From contig MU008160.1 of assembly GCA_010909165.1 (NCBI GenBank), forward strand, positions 1,240,001-1,304,000: a stretch of DNA of 64,000 nt, in the 5' to 3' direction. Shown piece by piece: positions 37,440-48,227 of this stretch (position 1 is its first letter; each line of letters begins with the position of its first letter). The translations under genes were made by a program, and so were the position numbers. This DNA is from Anthoceros angustus (Eukaryota > Plantae > Anthocerotophyta). The notes beneath the pieces were generated by a model that was given only the letters and a program-made list of their open reading frames with translations, made no database searches and was not told the DNA's origin.

Positions 37440-38651
37440 TCACGAGGCCTTCTTCATCTCACGAGGCCTCGACGTCCACGAATACAGAATGGCTAGCTCT
37501 CGCTGAAATTTTCGTGACGCCTGAAGCTCAGGCAAGTAGTCTGTCAACGGATGGTTCAGGTCCTTGGTGTCATACAGTCCCAACCTGATTACTTCCCGAT
37601 CGTAAGCTCTTCCAGCTTCCTCTGCTGTATCCCACTGGAACCTCCGGAGCCTCGGCACAGTCGTGGATGGCATTTCCATGTTCGGAATCAATTGGTATCT
37701 GCCAAATCTGCCCGAATCGACATCGAACACATGAGCCTCATACTTATCAGTGCGTGGGGACTGTGGATCTGGCACGGCAGCTTTGGTCTTGCGCCGTCCT
37801 CTGATGTACACACCGTGTGGCAGTTTTTCGCATACATGACGGGGTACGATGGTTTTTGCAGGTTGCACTTCCCTCCTCACGTAGTCGATAACTTCTCGCC
37901 AATCCGTGAAAGCCACCCATTCTGGCCGCTGCAGGCGCAGCAAATACTCCTGCAAGTAGTGAGGCTCCGTGAAATTCAGCTGGTGCTTCCGGACTCCTGC
38001 GGGCAACCTGAACCCACACAGATAGAGCTTGATCAGCACGAGGTCCCTGAAGATGGCTGCCAATAATGGGTCATCAAAACTCCCAAGATGCACCTCCCTC
38101 CCAGTCGTGCTAGGATCACGCGAATCCCAAGGCGCCTGGATCTTCACTTCGTGTTTGTTTTTCGCCTTGTGCCATCGCACTCCGTAATATGAATTCGCCG
38201 CAGCATCCTGGTCTTGGCCATCAGCCTCTTCCTGGCCATCAGTCCCTTCCTGGCCCGCGGAGCTGCAACCCAGCTCACCACTGGTTCGCGCTCTTTTTCT
38301 CCGCTGTTTGTTGTCCGGCTGCGTTCTCTTCGCCTCCAAATCCCTCACCGCCCTTTGCAAATCCCTCATTGTGGGCGGGGCTGGCGGATCTCTGCTTCTC
38401 TGGAGCTTCATGATTGCGTTCGCTACGTCCTCCAGCGTAAAGAAACATGGCGTCTGTGATCCACCGAGTTTGAAGAATTTCCAAGGTAACTGTGGAGTAG
38501 TACCGGTCTCTCTGCTGCCCTCCTGAGTGCTCGCACGTGAAGATTCGTCACGAATATAATGCTTTCGGACGAAGAACTCCATCCACTCATGCACCCAAAA
38601 TCTGGGAAAAACCCGAGCACTGCGAGCGACGCTCACTTGGTTGCCAGCCAT
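37440..38651 (-). CDS. Divergent double AP2-like domain protein, paralog 2 (403 aa)
   Basis: YYGVRWHK...HLGSFDDPLLAAIFRD...LNF and PHGVYIRG...KYEAHVFD...WDTAEEAGRAYD...LNHPLTDYLPEL. A splice acceptor (ctacag) lies just upstream of the ATG. Confidence 0.8.
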   Translation of the reverse strand: MAGNQVSVARSARVFPRFWVHEWMEFFVRKHYIRDESSRASTQEGSRETGTTPQLPWKFFKLGGSQTPCFFTLEDVANAIMKLQRSRDPPAPPTMRDLQRAVRDLEAKRTQPDNKQRRKRARTSGELGCSSAGQEGTDGQEEADGQDQDAAANSYYGVRWHKAKNKHEVKIQAPWDSRDPSTTGREVHLGSFDDPLLAAIFRDLVLIKLYLCGFRLPAGVRKHQLNFTEPHYLQEYLLRLQRPEWVAFTDWREVIDYVRREVQPAKTIVPRHVCEKLPHGVYIRGRRKTKAAVPDPQSPRTDKYEAHVFDVDSGRFGRYQLIPNMEMPSTTVPRLRRFQWDTAEEAGRAYDREVIRLGLYDTKDLNHPLTDYLPELQASRKFQRELAILYSWTSRPREMKKAS

Positions 38652-39299
38652 CGAGCGTTACACAACCTGTAGAAAACTGGCAAGAGTGGGAAGTGGCACA
38701 ACCCAAGCCTTGAGATATCCTGGACGAGGGGCCCAGAGGTGGGGGCTCACAGCGCTGCTGCTGGCGAGTGGCTTAAGGTTGCCAAGCCAGCTGCTGATCA
38801 AGTGTTCTTCCTACCATGCCTACGCCTAAGTTTCATGTAACAAAAGCAAGACAACGAATTCCGCGTTGAACGTTTAGCGAGACCTAATTCAAGCGGACTG
38901 AGCGATCGGTGAACGTTCCTCTGCAGCAATGATAGCAGACAGAATGAGAAGGGTGATGTGTAGAAGAGCGAAAGCGAAGACGACACGAGCAGGATTAATG
39001 GTAACAATTCAAGCATCTGCTACTCCAATAAGTAGGCAGTCAAAAGATGAAGAAGGCCAAGGGCTAAGTGGGTAGAAGGCCAAGGGCCAAGGGCGAAGTA
39101 GGTGGAAGGCCTAGTGTAGTCTTCGCAATCTCCAGGAGGACTTGCTGCCACTGCGTCTCTTGGGGGTCATTGCTGTTTCCGGCTTCCGGAGACCGGAAGC
39201 TTACTTTGGTTGTATGCTTGCTTTACACAGAGTCACTTTGAGCGATCTCGGTGCAAACTTGCATCGATTGGGGACGCTTTCCGAGGCCGTCGGAGCCCT

Positions 39300-40860
39300 G
39301 GAATCCCTGGCGGAGACAGACTCTGCTAGTTCAGAATCTCTGTTTGGCGACGTGCTGGAACTGTGTACAGGTAAGAAGGATTTGGTTGTGGGGCCACGAG
39401 TTCATGGTTGCATATTTGCCAATATTTGGGGAACCATATCTTGCGCATGTATGCATGAGGATGTAGGCTAGAGGAGGTCATGAATGTGTTTACCAGGGTG
39501 GGCAAACCAGATGTTTTCAAGTGATCTTGCATTATCTCTGCACATGCTAAGCATGGGAGACCTAATGAGGCTGTACAACTGTACCATGAGATGCGTGATG
39601 GAGTGGAGGCGGATGCTCACGTCTTTGAAGCTGCCCTTCAAGCTTGTGCATTTGCCGCCGACTTGGAATATGGCGGAAAAGTGCACTATGATGTGGTGCA
39701 GAGTGGTATTCCACCTGACTTGTTTTTTGGCGCCAGCCTGGTGGACATGTATGCACAATAAGGTGAACTGAAAGATGCACGCCAGGTTTTGACAGCATGG
39801 CTACAAAAAATGTGGTGACATGGAATGCCCTGATATATGGGTATGCGAAATGTGGTGAACTGAAAGATGCACGCAGGTTTTCCATAGAATGAACATGAAG
39901 ACTGTGGTGACTGGAATGCGCTGATATCTGGGTATGCGAAATCGGGTGAACTGAAAGATGCACGCAGGTTTTCGACAGAACGAACACAAAGAATGAGGTG
40001 ACAATGTGGTGACTGGAATGCCCTGAACAGCTGAATGCCCTGATGGTTGGGTATTTCGAGCAAGGGCTTGGACATGAGGCACTTGTTCTGTCTGGACAAA
40101 TGGAGCAGGAGGGGCTGATTTTAGCTGACGATATTAAGTTTGCTTGCCTTCTGAAGGCCTGTCAAGCACTGGTGCCTTACAGAAGGGCAGGCACCTGCAC
40201 TTATGGATTGTGGCGAGAATTCTCGCCAATGAATCGTGAATCGAGATGTTCAGCCTAATGAATCATGATGCTACTTTTACTTGGCTTCTAGTAGCATGTA
40301 AGTTATGAGGGACTGGTCCACGAAGGGCGCAAGCACTTGCATTCCATGGCTGAAGAGCATGGCATCAAACCTACCATTGGGCATTACACTTGCATGATTG
40401 ATCTTCTTGGGCATGCTGGCCATTTCGATGAATCAGAGAAATGCTATTTTCATGGGGTCAAAGTGACGTTGTGGGATCATTGTCCTTTGCTGGAAGTCAC
40501 AAGGATAACGGAGAGGGTGAAATGTTGTTTTGAAAACATTGTCAGGTTGGACCCTCGGCCAACGGCTTCGCCAATGAGCGTAGGGGGGACCGATGTAGAC
40601 AGGATTGAAGCACAGAAAATGTCACCAAGAACTTACAAAAAAACCTGGAGTGGCGAGCATTGAAACGAAGAAGCAGGTACATGCATTTGCGGTGGGGGAA
40701 AGGACATGATATTGCTCTGAAGGTAGAGAGCATGAATTCACGTCTGAACCAGGAAGGAGGTCAGTTACCTCACACAAAATTGGTGCTGAAGCCAGTGAGT
40801 GAGAAGGACCTACTTCCTCCTTGCGTGCTGACGACTCCACAAAAAGCGTCTCCGCAGTGA
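39300..40860 (+). pseudogene. Degenerate PLS-class PPR gene with KP-type DYW start
   Basis: Fragments SLVDMYA...KNVVTWNALIYGYAKCGELKDAR, GIKPTIGHYTCMIDLLGHAG and KKPGVASIETKKQVHAFAVG. Many stops and frameshifts; gtgaactgaaagatgcacgc occurs three times. Confidence 0.8.
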
Positions 40861-41899
40861 GTTCGAAAGATTTTTTAGTCCAGACATCAGCTGGCATACA
40901 AGAAATTGAAGCACTGAAACCAGAATGAAGAGTCCCTTGACAAAGATTAATAATTATAGGCGAGGTTTCGCTCGGGTTGGTGGCTGGCTAACAGCGGGCT
41001 CCACTGGCACAGCAACAGCAGCTGTTTAATCAGATGGGGAGGCCGCAACCACTCCGGCCCGGTCACGTCGACAGTGTCAAGGCCGCAATCCCTGCCTTGC
41101 CGATACATGCCGTCGCCGGCTTCAAGCTCCCAGCCGCCAGCCGCCAGCCGCCATGGCTCATCTCTATAGGCGCCAGTCGCCATCTTCCACAGGGCCTGTG
41201 CTCGCTCCCTTTCAGTACGGCCTTCCTCCCGCTCCTTGTCTAGGGGGTTGGAGGCACATAGGGCAGACGACTGTAAATGGTTCTCCTGCAAGATCTGGAG
41301 GACCGTGACCTGGTGAGACTCTAGTTTTTCGTTTTCCTTTTCTGCACAACAACTATTCTGCAAGTAAGCAAGCAAGACACACAAAGAGAAGCCGGAGACA
41401 ACCTAGCTACCATGAGAGTTTGGGACTGAGAGAGTCTCATGGTAGCTAGGTTTGTATTTTGTACAGCTAATGAAGGCGGACGGCAGGGCAAACATGTTCA
41501 AATCCCATCAGGAATTTCTCAGGCCTGCAGATTGTTGCCACCATTCTCCAGTTTTTGAAGCCAGTACTACCAGGTAGCCTGCAAGGAATGCTCCCTCACA
41601 GGTTGCTGATGCACACACTGCCCTCGGTCCAACTTGCCAGGCTGATGAAAAGCTCGTCGGTTAAAGAGAAATAGGTGATTCCCTCGGTTGAATACGTTCA
41701 TTCCAGTCCTCCCTTCGTGAGTTCACTGGAACTCAATGGAATTCCCCAGTTAAGCGTGCGTCCAAAGGATGGATCAGTGCGAGGATGGGAGTGCCATCCG
41801 TCCCCCCCTTTCGATCTGCGGATTTTCCCACATTGGCAAGCGACGCTGCGTTCCATCTGAAACGGGAGTGTGCAGGGTTTATACCCGGCAGGCTGTTGG

Positions 41900-42074
41900 T
41901 GCTGGAGAGACTGGGGAGGAGCGGCTGTGGCACCGATTGTTTGAGGATCCCAGGCAGTGGTGGGACAGGAGGCCGGACAAGGACCTGGTTGTCACGATGG
42001 ATTGTGTTTGTGCGCCAATTCGAGTTCAGTTCGATGCTGACCGTCTTGGAACTGGACCAAACTGGTCCAACTGA
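41900..42074 (+). other. Second isolated, partially deleted PDF/OSB-motif fragment
   Basis: EERLWHRLFEDPRQWWDRRPDK followed by a CAP-containing tail. The PDFKH core is missing. Confidence 0.5.
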
Positions 42075-43372
42075 GCTACCGCACGAGTGGTGCAAGGTCC
42101 TACCACAAAAGCGGTATCGATTGTTTTTTAATTGAATTGAAAGCGGAAGAAACAGCCTTCAATAATAATGCTGGCTGGGTTCTAGAAGAATTGAGTCCCT
42201 GTGACAAACAGTAGTTTAGTATTTCTCTATGATGTGTTGGAGCCTATGTGTCGGACTTGGTGAGCTACCATTTATTAACTATGTCTTAAGGAAAGAGGCT
42301 GGTTAGAGACTATAAGAACCTGCCCATGTTATGTAATGCGAAGGCCACATAATAGTAGCACGCATTGCCCTATGGCTTTCTAACAACTTTCTCCTGTGTT
42401 ATGTATGTGTTGAGTACTGTTGGTTAATGGGGTGCAGGTTGGCTTTAAATTCTTGTTTTACTAGCTCACGGAATTTGGTGTAACCAATATTTTGAATATA
42501 TATACTTTTATCACGCATATTTTATGAGTTTATAATCTATTATATTATATATTTATATTTATAGATTTATTATGAAGCATATTATCAAGATTTATATATA
42601 ATATTTTTTAAAAATATTTCTACTTATGTCTTGTTCTAATTCTATTTGTCCAACTTGGCAAGTGTTGGTTGAAAGCTACATTATGTTACTTCATCTTAAA
42701 CTCTAAATGAAGTAAGTAGAAGAACGTGGAGTGGATAAATCGAGGCTATGGTGTACTGTACAAGAAGTAAAACCGACGTACATACCAAGTTTTCTGCCAA
42801 TTGAATATTTAGCCAACGAACAACTAGTGGAAACATACTTGTATTATCATGAGTTTGGAAATTATAGGTAGTAATATATATACTAGGTTACCAAATATTG
42901 AGGTAACCTGCTATTATCTATATGGTACTAATACTATATATGGTACTAGAGTGTTTCATTAAGATTGGAAAAGATTAGAAAGCCCTTGTATAGAGGAACA
43001 AAATATGAGAAAGTTTGGTATTGAAAATTTGATTGAATATAGTACATTCTAAAGATTTAACTGAATATAGGTGCATCCTAGTCTATAAACATTGTGTAAA
43101 AGTGTGTCAATTGTGATGTTATCACAAGACTTGGAGGATAAGAACATATAGGTTTGTGGAGCTCCTTAACAAATAAACAATATGACAATTCCCGATGTTG
43201 CCAAAGTAAGAATATTGTTAAGTACACAAATTTTGTGTATCATGATGAGTTCATGCGTATATTTGATCAAGAGTCATAGAAGATCTCTCGGTGAAAGAGA
43301 TGGTATCAATCACAACCACACGAAAGAAGAATATTTTGAAAAATATGAATATCGACCATTATTTTGGAGATC

Positions 43373-44130
43373 CTAATGATAATATATACTCCAAGTTTCC
43401 AAGTAATAAGGGTTGTAATCTAGAGTAGACGTTATTAATAGACGAGATGGGAAATCCCATCTAACCTTGAAGTCCGAGGAGGAACAACCCAAAAAAGGGC
43501 TAATGGTAAAAGGGGAAGTTGTAGCCCCCTCGAATGCCTTTCCCATAACTACTACTGCACCAATGATATTGTGATCAGGGATGAAGAAGAGCCTACCTAC
43601 CACCGGTGCTGAAGAAGCAGCTAGTCCTGCGCATGTAGCTGTCCTATAAACAGCGTTAGCCAACGCCTTCTGCAAAGCTATGGAAACCCGCTGGCGAAAG
43701 AAAGCCACTACAAAAAAAAGGAGAGGCCCCTTTCTTTTTCTTGTGGCTGTGATAGGCTTTTGCACACTCCTTAATTAACCTAGAGAAGCCCTTGCCCATA
43801 TCCCCATGAGTCTCGAGGGGGAGAGGGATGAAAACCTAGGCGTCTTGCTTGGGAGAGTACTTATGAGTCTTGCTGGTTGCGCATCCTTCCGCCGCCCAGC
43901 CCAGGGGGTTGACGATGACGTGCTCGGTATTTGGAGTCCTTCGTGGGATCCGTGACAACCACATCAGCAATGTAAATTTGTTCCCCCTGGTATAAAAAAG
44001 GTCCGTCATGAGTGACACGCGATTACACAATGTATTTGGGCGCTCCTGTAAGAGAAAAATCCGCTCTCCTTAGTTATCGAAAACATGACATTGCGAAAGG
44101 CATGCGTAGCAAGTAATAAGGTATTTGACC
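43373..44130 (-). mobile_element. Degenerate 3' part (restriction-like endonuclease) of a CRE-like non-LTR retrotransposon
   Basis: Across frameshifts: THAFRNVMFSITKESG, IADVVVTDP, ATSKTHKY, FIPLPLETHGDMG and FFRQRVSIALQKALANAVYR, the typical RLE C-terminal motif order. Confidence 0.75.
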
Positions 44131-44841
44131 AAAGACGAACATTTGGGAACATATATATTTTTAAAATATTATAATAATATTTGTACTGAGTTTCCAAATA
44201 TAATAATATTTTGATATCGAGATATACTGATCCTAAACCCTAAACAGGATATGAGGTGCTTGATAGAGTGTCGGTTTGACGTGGAGTGGGCAGAGTCGGA
44301 GCGTGATAGGCATTGAATGTAGGTAGGTAGTCAGTATCGCGATGAGAGTGTACGTCTTGCCGACCGGTCTAGAAAAGGCCAGGATTCCGGAAACGGGAGG
44401 TTGGCGTGTGAAAGAAAGAAGAGAACTCACGACTCTGGAAATGGGAGAGCGCAGGGAGGCCGGGACACGCGTCTGCGAGCATGGTCGAGTTGAGGGGGGC
44501 ATAATCTGCGACACCTGCTGAGAGAACGCCACCTCGCGCCCGTTCCGTGGCCGCCGCCACGGTCCCTGTCGATAGCGCGTGCCATCGGAACAGATGTTAC
44601 CACCGCCGTGACGGAACGGGGCGACGCCTCCCGTTCCTCTCTCCCCGCCGCGCCGCTGGGCGCTGGGCGGATGCTAATTGCGGTGGCAGCCCGAGATCCC
44701 CTCGCCTCCCCTCCCCTCCCCTCATGCACGCGCCCGGAATTGTGCTATAAGAGCTTGGGGCCGGGGGCCTCCTCTCGGGGCCTGCGTCTTGGTGCGTCTG
44801 GGACGCGAATTGGGGACGCGAATTGGGGACGCGAATCGAGC

Positions 44842-47046
44842 ATGGCGGCGTCTGGCCTGGGCCTGGGCCTGCTGGCGGTGCTGCTGGCGGTGTTGCTCGG
44901 GGGTGCGGGGTCGGGGGCGCGGGTGGCGGTGGAGCAGTGGCTCCAGCTGCCCCAGGAGGGTACAGGCCGGGAGGAGCTGGGCGCGGAGGGGCGCCGGAGG
45001 GAGGCCGGGTGGGGACCAGGTGGGCGGTGCTCATTGCGGGGTCGTCGGGGTACGGGAATTATCGGCATCAGGTGGGTGCGGGACGGGGAATTCGGTGGTG
45101 GGTTTGTTGAATTCGGTTGTGGGCGGTGCTGATTTGGAAGGGGCGGGTTGTGGGTTGTGGCAGGCGGACGTCTGCCATGCGTACCAGATTCTGAAGAACA
45201 ATGGGCTCAAGGACGAGAACATCGTGGTGTTCATGTACGATGATATCGCCTTCAGCCCGGATAATCCGCACAAGGGGACGATCATCAACAACCCGCGGGG
45301 GGGGGACGTGTACGCCGGCGTGCCCAAGGTGGGTGGAATGGAGCTTGTGGGTTGTCTGGAGAGGGGGCGTGGGGAGTTGGGTCGTGACGTGGTTGTGGTG
45401 GGGTGGTCTTGTTGGTGCAGGATTACACCGGGGCTGCTGTCACTGTGAACAACTTCTTTGCCGTGCTTCTTGGAGACAAGTCTGCGGTTCAGGGCGGGAG
45501 CGGGAAGGTTGTGGCGAGCGCGCCCGAGGACCATGTTTTCATCTACTACACCGACCATGGGGGTCCCGGAGTGCTGGGTGAGTTTTAGGGACTGGTGTTG
45601 GGGAGACTGTTGTTGCGCGGAAGAGCGGGATTGATGACGGTGCGTTTCTTCTTTGGTGTGGGCAGGAATGCCGAATGTGCCGAATTTGTTTGCTAATGAC
45701 TTCGTGGAGACTCTCAAGCTGAAGCATGCCCTGGGCACGTACACCGAGATGGTGATCTATCTGGAGGCTTGCGAGAGTGGGAGCATCTTCGAGGGGCTGC
45801 TTCCGGAGGGCCTCGACGTTTACGTCACCACAGCGTCTAATGCTCAGGAGAGTAGCTGGGGGACGTACTGCCCTGGGATGGAGAATCCTCCCCCTCCTGA
45901 GTACTGGACCTGTCTCGGGGACCTCTACAGTGTTGCTTGGATGGAGGACTGGTGAGTTGCTTACTTGTTATCCTTAAAGTAGGAGATTCCCCTTTTTGTG
46001 TATCTGACAGAAGAGGGGTCTGTTGGGTGCAGCGAGGTGGAGAACTTGGAGAAGGAGACACTGAAAGACCAGTACCTCATTGTGAGTGCAGAGACTTTTT
46101 ATCCCGTCCTTTTGTTCGTTTTGAGAGACACGATACTGTTCCTTCATTTGCAGGACTCATTTGTGCTCATCTCCTTGTCGGTGTTCTTCTTCTTTGACAG
46201 GTGAAGAAGAGGACCTCGAATGACAACACTTACAGATCTGGCTCACATGTGATGCAATACGGCGACATTAAGATAAACTCGGACAGATTATCTCTCTTCT
46301 TAGGCTATGACCCTCTGAATGCGAACGTCAGCAGGCCTGACTTGTCGGACATGGGCATTTCCGGGAACAATCTGCCTGCTGGGGAGTCACTGGCTGTGAA
46401 TCAACGTGATGCTGATTTGCTGCACTATTGGCACAAGGTACAAGCATCATTAGCCTTAATAATGTGGATTTGCAGTGAACTTTGGAAGGGACGAGGGTAA
46501 CTGGTTTTTGCATGTCTGACATCCTTCTCTTCCTTGTCCCCTTTGCGACTGATTTTCCAGTACAAGCATTCACCAGAAGGGTCGAGGAACAAAGTGGAAG
46601 CTGCTCAGGACATGGCAAGAATAATGTCTCAGCGTGCACACATCGACTCCAGTGTCAACTTGATGGGGAAGCTGCTCTTCGGATCCGAGTGGGGGCCTGA
46701 AATGTTGGCGGCAGTACGGAAGCCGGCCCTGCCTCTTGTCGACGACTGGCAGTGCCTCAAGGCCGTGGTAAGTGGGCAGCAGCTGAAGCTGGTCTTCGTA
46801 ATCTTTTCGACAAAGATTTGAGGTTAATCTGAGTGTCTGGATGCATGAATGCAGGTGCGGGCTTACGAGAGTGAGTGTGGCTCGCTGACCCAGTATGGCA
46901 TGAAGCACATGCGATCCTTCACAAACATGTGCAACTCTGGGTTCGGTCCCGAGAAGGTGGCAGAAGCTGCGGCAGAGGCATGTTCGATCGACATGATCGG
47001 CGGTGGTAGGGAATGGGCACCTCTTACAACAGGCTTCAGTGCTTAA
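44842..47046 (+). CDS. VPE: Vacuolar processing enzyme / legumain (peptidase C13), multi-exon; apparent frameshift in a G-run near 44990
   Basis: Signal peptide, [87 protein letters not shown] and [14 protein letters not shown]. Confidence 0.95.
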
Positions 47047-48227
47047 GTTTCCTCTCCGGGCTTGGAGGAGTTGCTGTACATAGTGCATGCGGGCATTGAT
47101 CCGAATTAGTACCTTTGGTTGAGGTAGGTCGGTTAAGGTCGGATTTAGCAAGGTAATTGGTAGACCAGTTCAGTAACAAGGGCGGGTAGCCTGAATGGAT
47201 CATATTCTTCAGGCTCTGTACATTCATCCTTTTATTAGGTCCTCCACAGTAAAGGAAAAGCCTTTACAGTTTGTGAGCATGCATCGTGTTTGCATGTTTC
47301 CATCCCTTGGATTTTTTAAAGGGCTGAAATTGATGGGTCACACAGGTCCGTGCAGTAAGTCAAAAAACTTTCTTGCATCAGCACTAGAGGGTAGCAAGTA
47401 GTTTGGATAGAAGGGAGTAGACCCATTTTCTGCACCATACCCGGAGAGAATCTTTGCCGTCCTGTTTTAGAGTTTTCTGTGTGAGATGCCTAGCTCCTGC
47501 GCTTCATCCACAGAGCCCTTGCAAGGCTGGCTGACGAGGCAGTTAGTAGCACAACGAGTGACACCTTCAGTTTCATCATGATTTGCATGCAACCAAAAAT
47601 ACCTACCCAAAACTCTGTTTGGTATCTTGGCAGTTCCCCAGAACTTCCAAACTCCTGTAGATTTCAAGACACTACCCTCTGTCTACTACTCGTTCAGGCC
47701 TGTCTGATTCCATGCTTTATATTATTGCCAACTTCTTTGTGTCTGTGGTTCCATACTGTTGGCGGAACTTACCAGAGAACCAACGCCACAGAAGGAGAAC
47801 AAAACGAATGATACCACACCAGAAGGTGTTGCCTGTGCCTTCACACCCTCTACAAACCCGCTTCCTGAAGGTTGGACGACGATGCCCTTGATCAGCTTCT
47901 CATTTGGTATAAAACTCAGGAACTCTCGGACAGCCTTCTGGATGTAAGAGGCACCCAACAATCGCTGGGCGCTATGTGGAATATGATGCTCCTCTTCCAC
48001 GCACAAAGCCTCGTCATGATCAATCTGCAGGTCAGTGCGAGACCTGTGGTTGGCGAATATTAGGACCTGGAGCAGCAGACTTTGTTCGACAGGAGCACTT
48101 TGCATGACTTCTATCAGAATCACGGTTGAAATGTGCGCAGTACCTGTAACACCTGATGCTGATGAGCCCCCGGTTCTTACAGATCGAGAGAGTTCCTAGA
48201 GCGGGAAAACTCTAGGACGTAGATCAG

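Noticed and set aside
44980-45010. VPE as a pseudogene because the signal peptide and catalytic domain are in different frames
   Set aside because: The shift falls in a G homopolymer and every other exon and catalytic motif is intact, so a sequencing indel is more likely.
47872-48063. piggyBac-like fragment (DALDQLLIWY...LLDV)
   Set aside because: The similarity is too short, with no other transposase motifs or TTAA/TIR ends.
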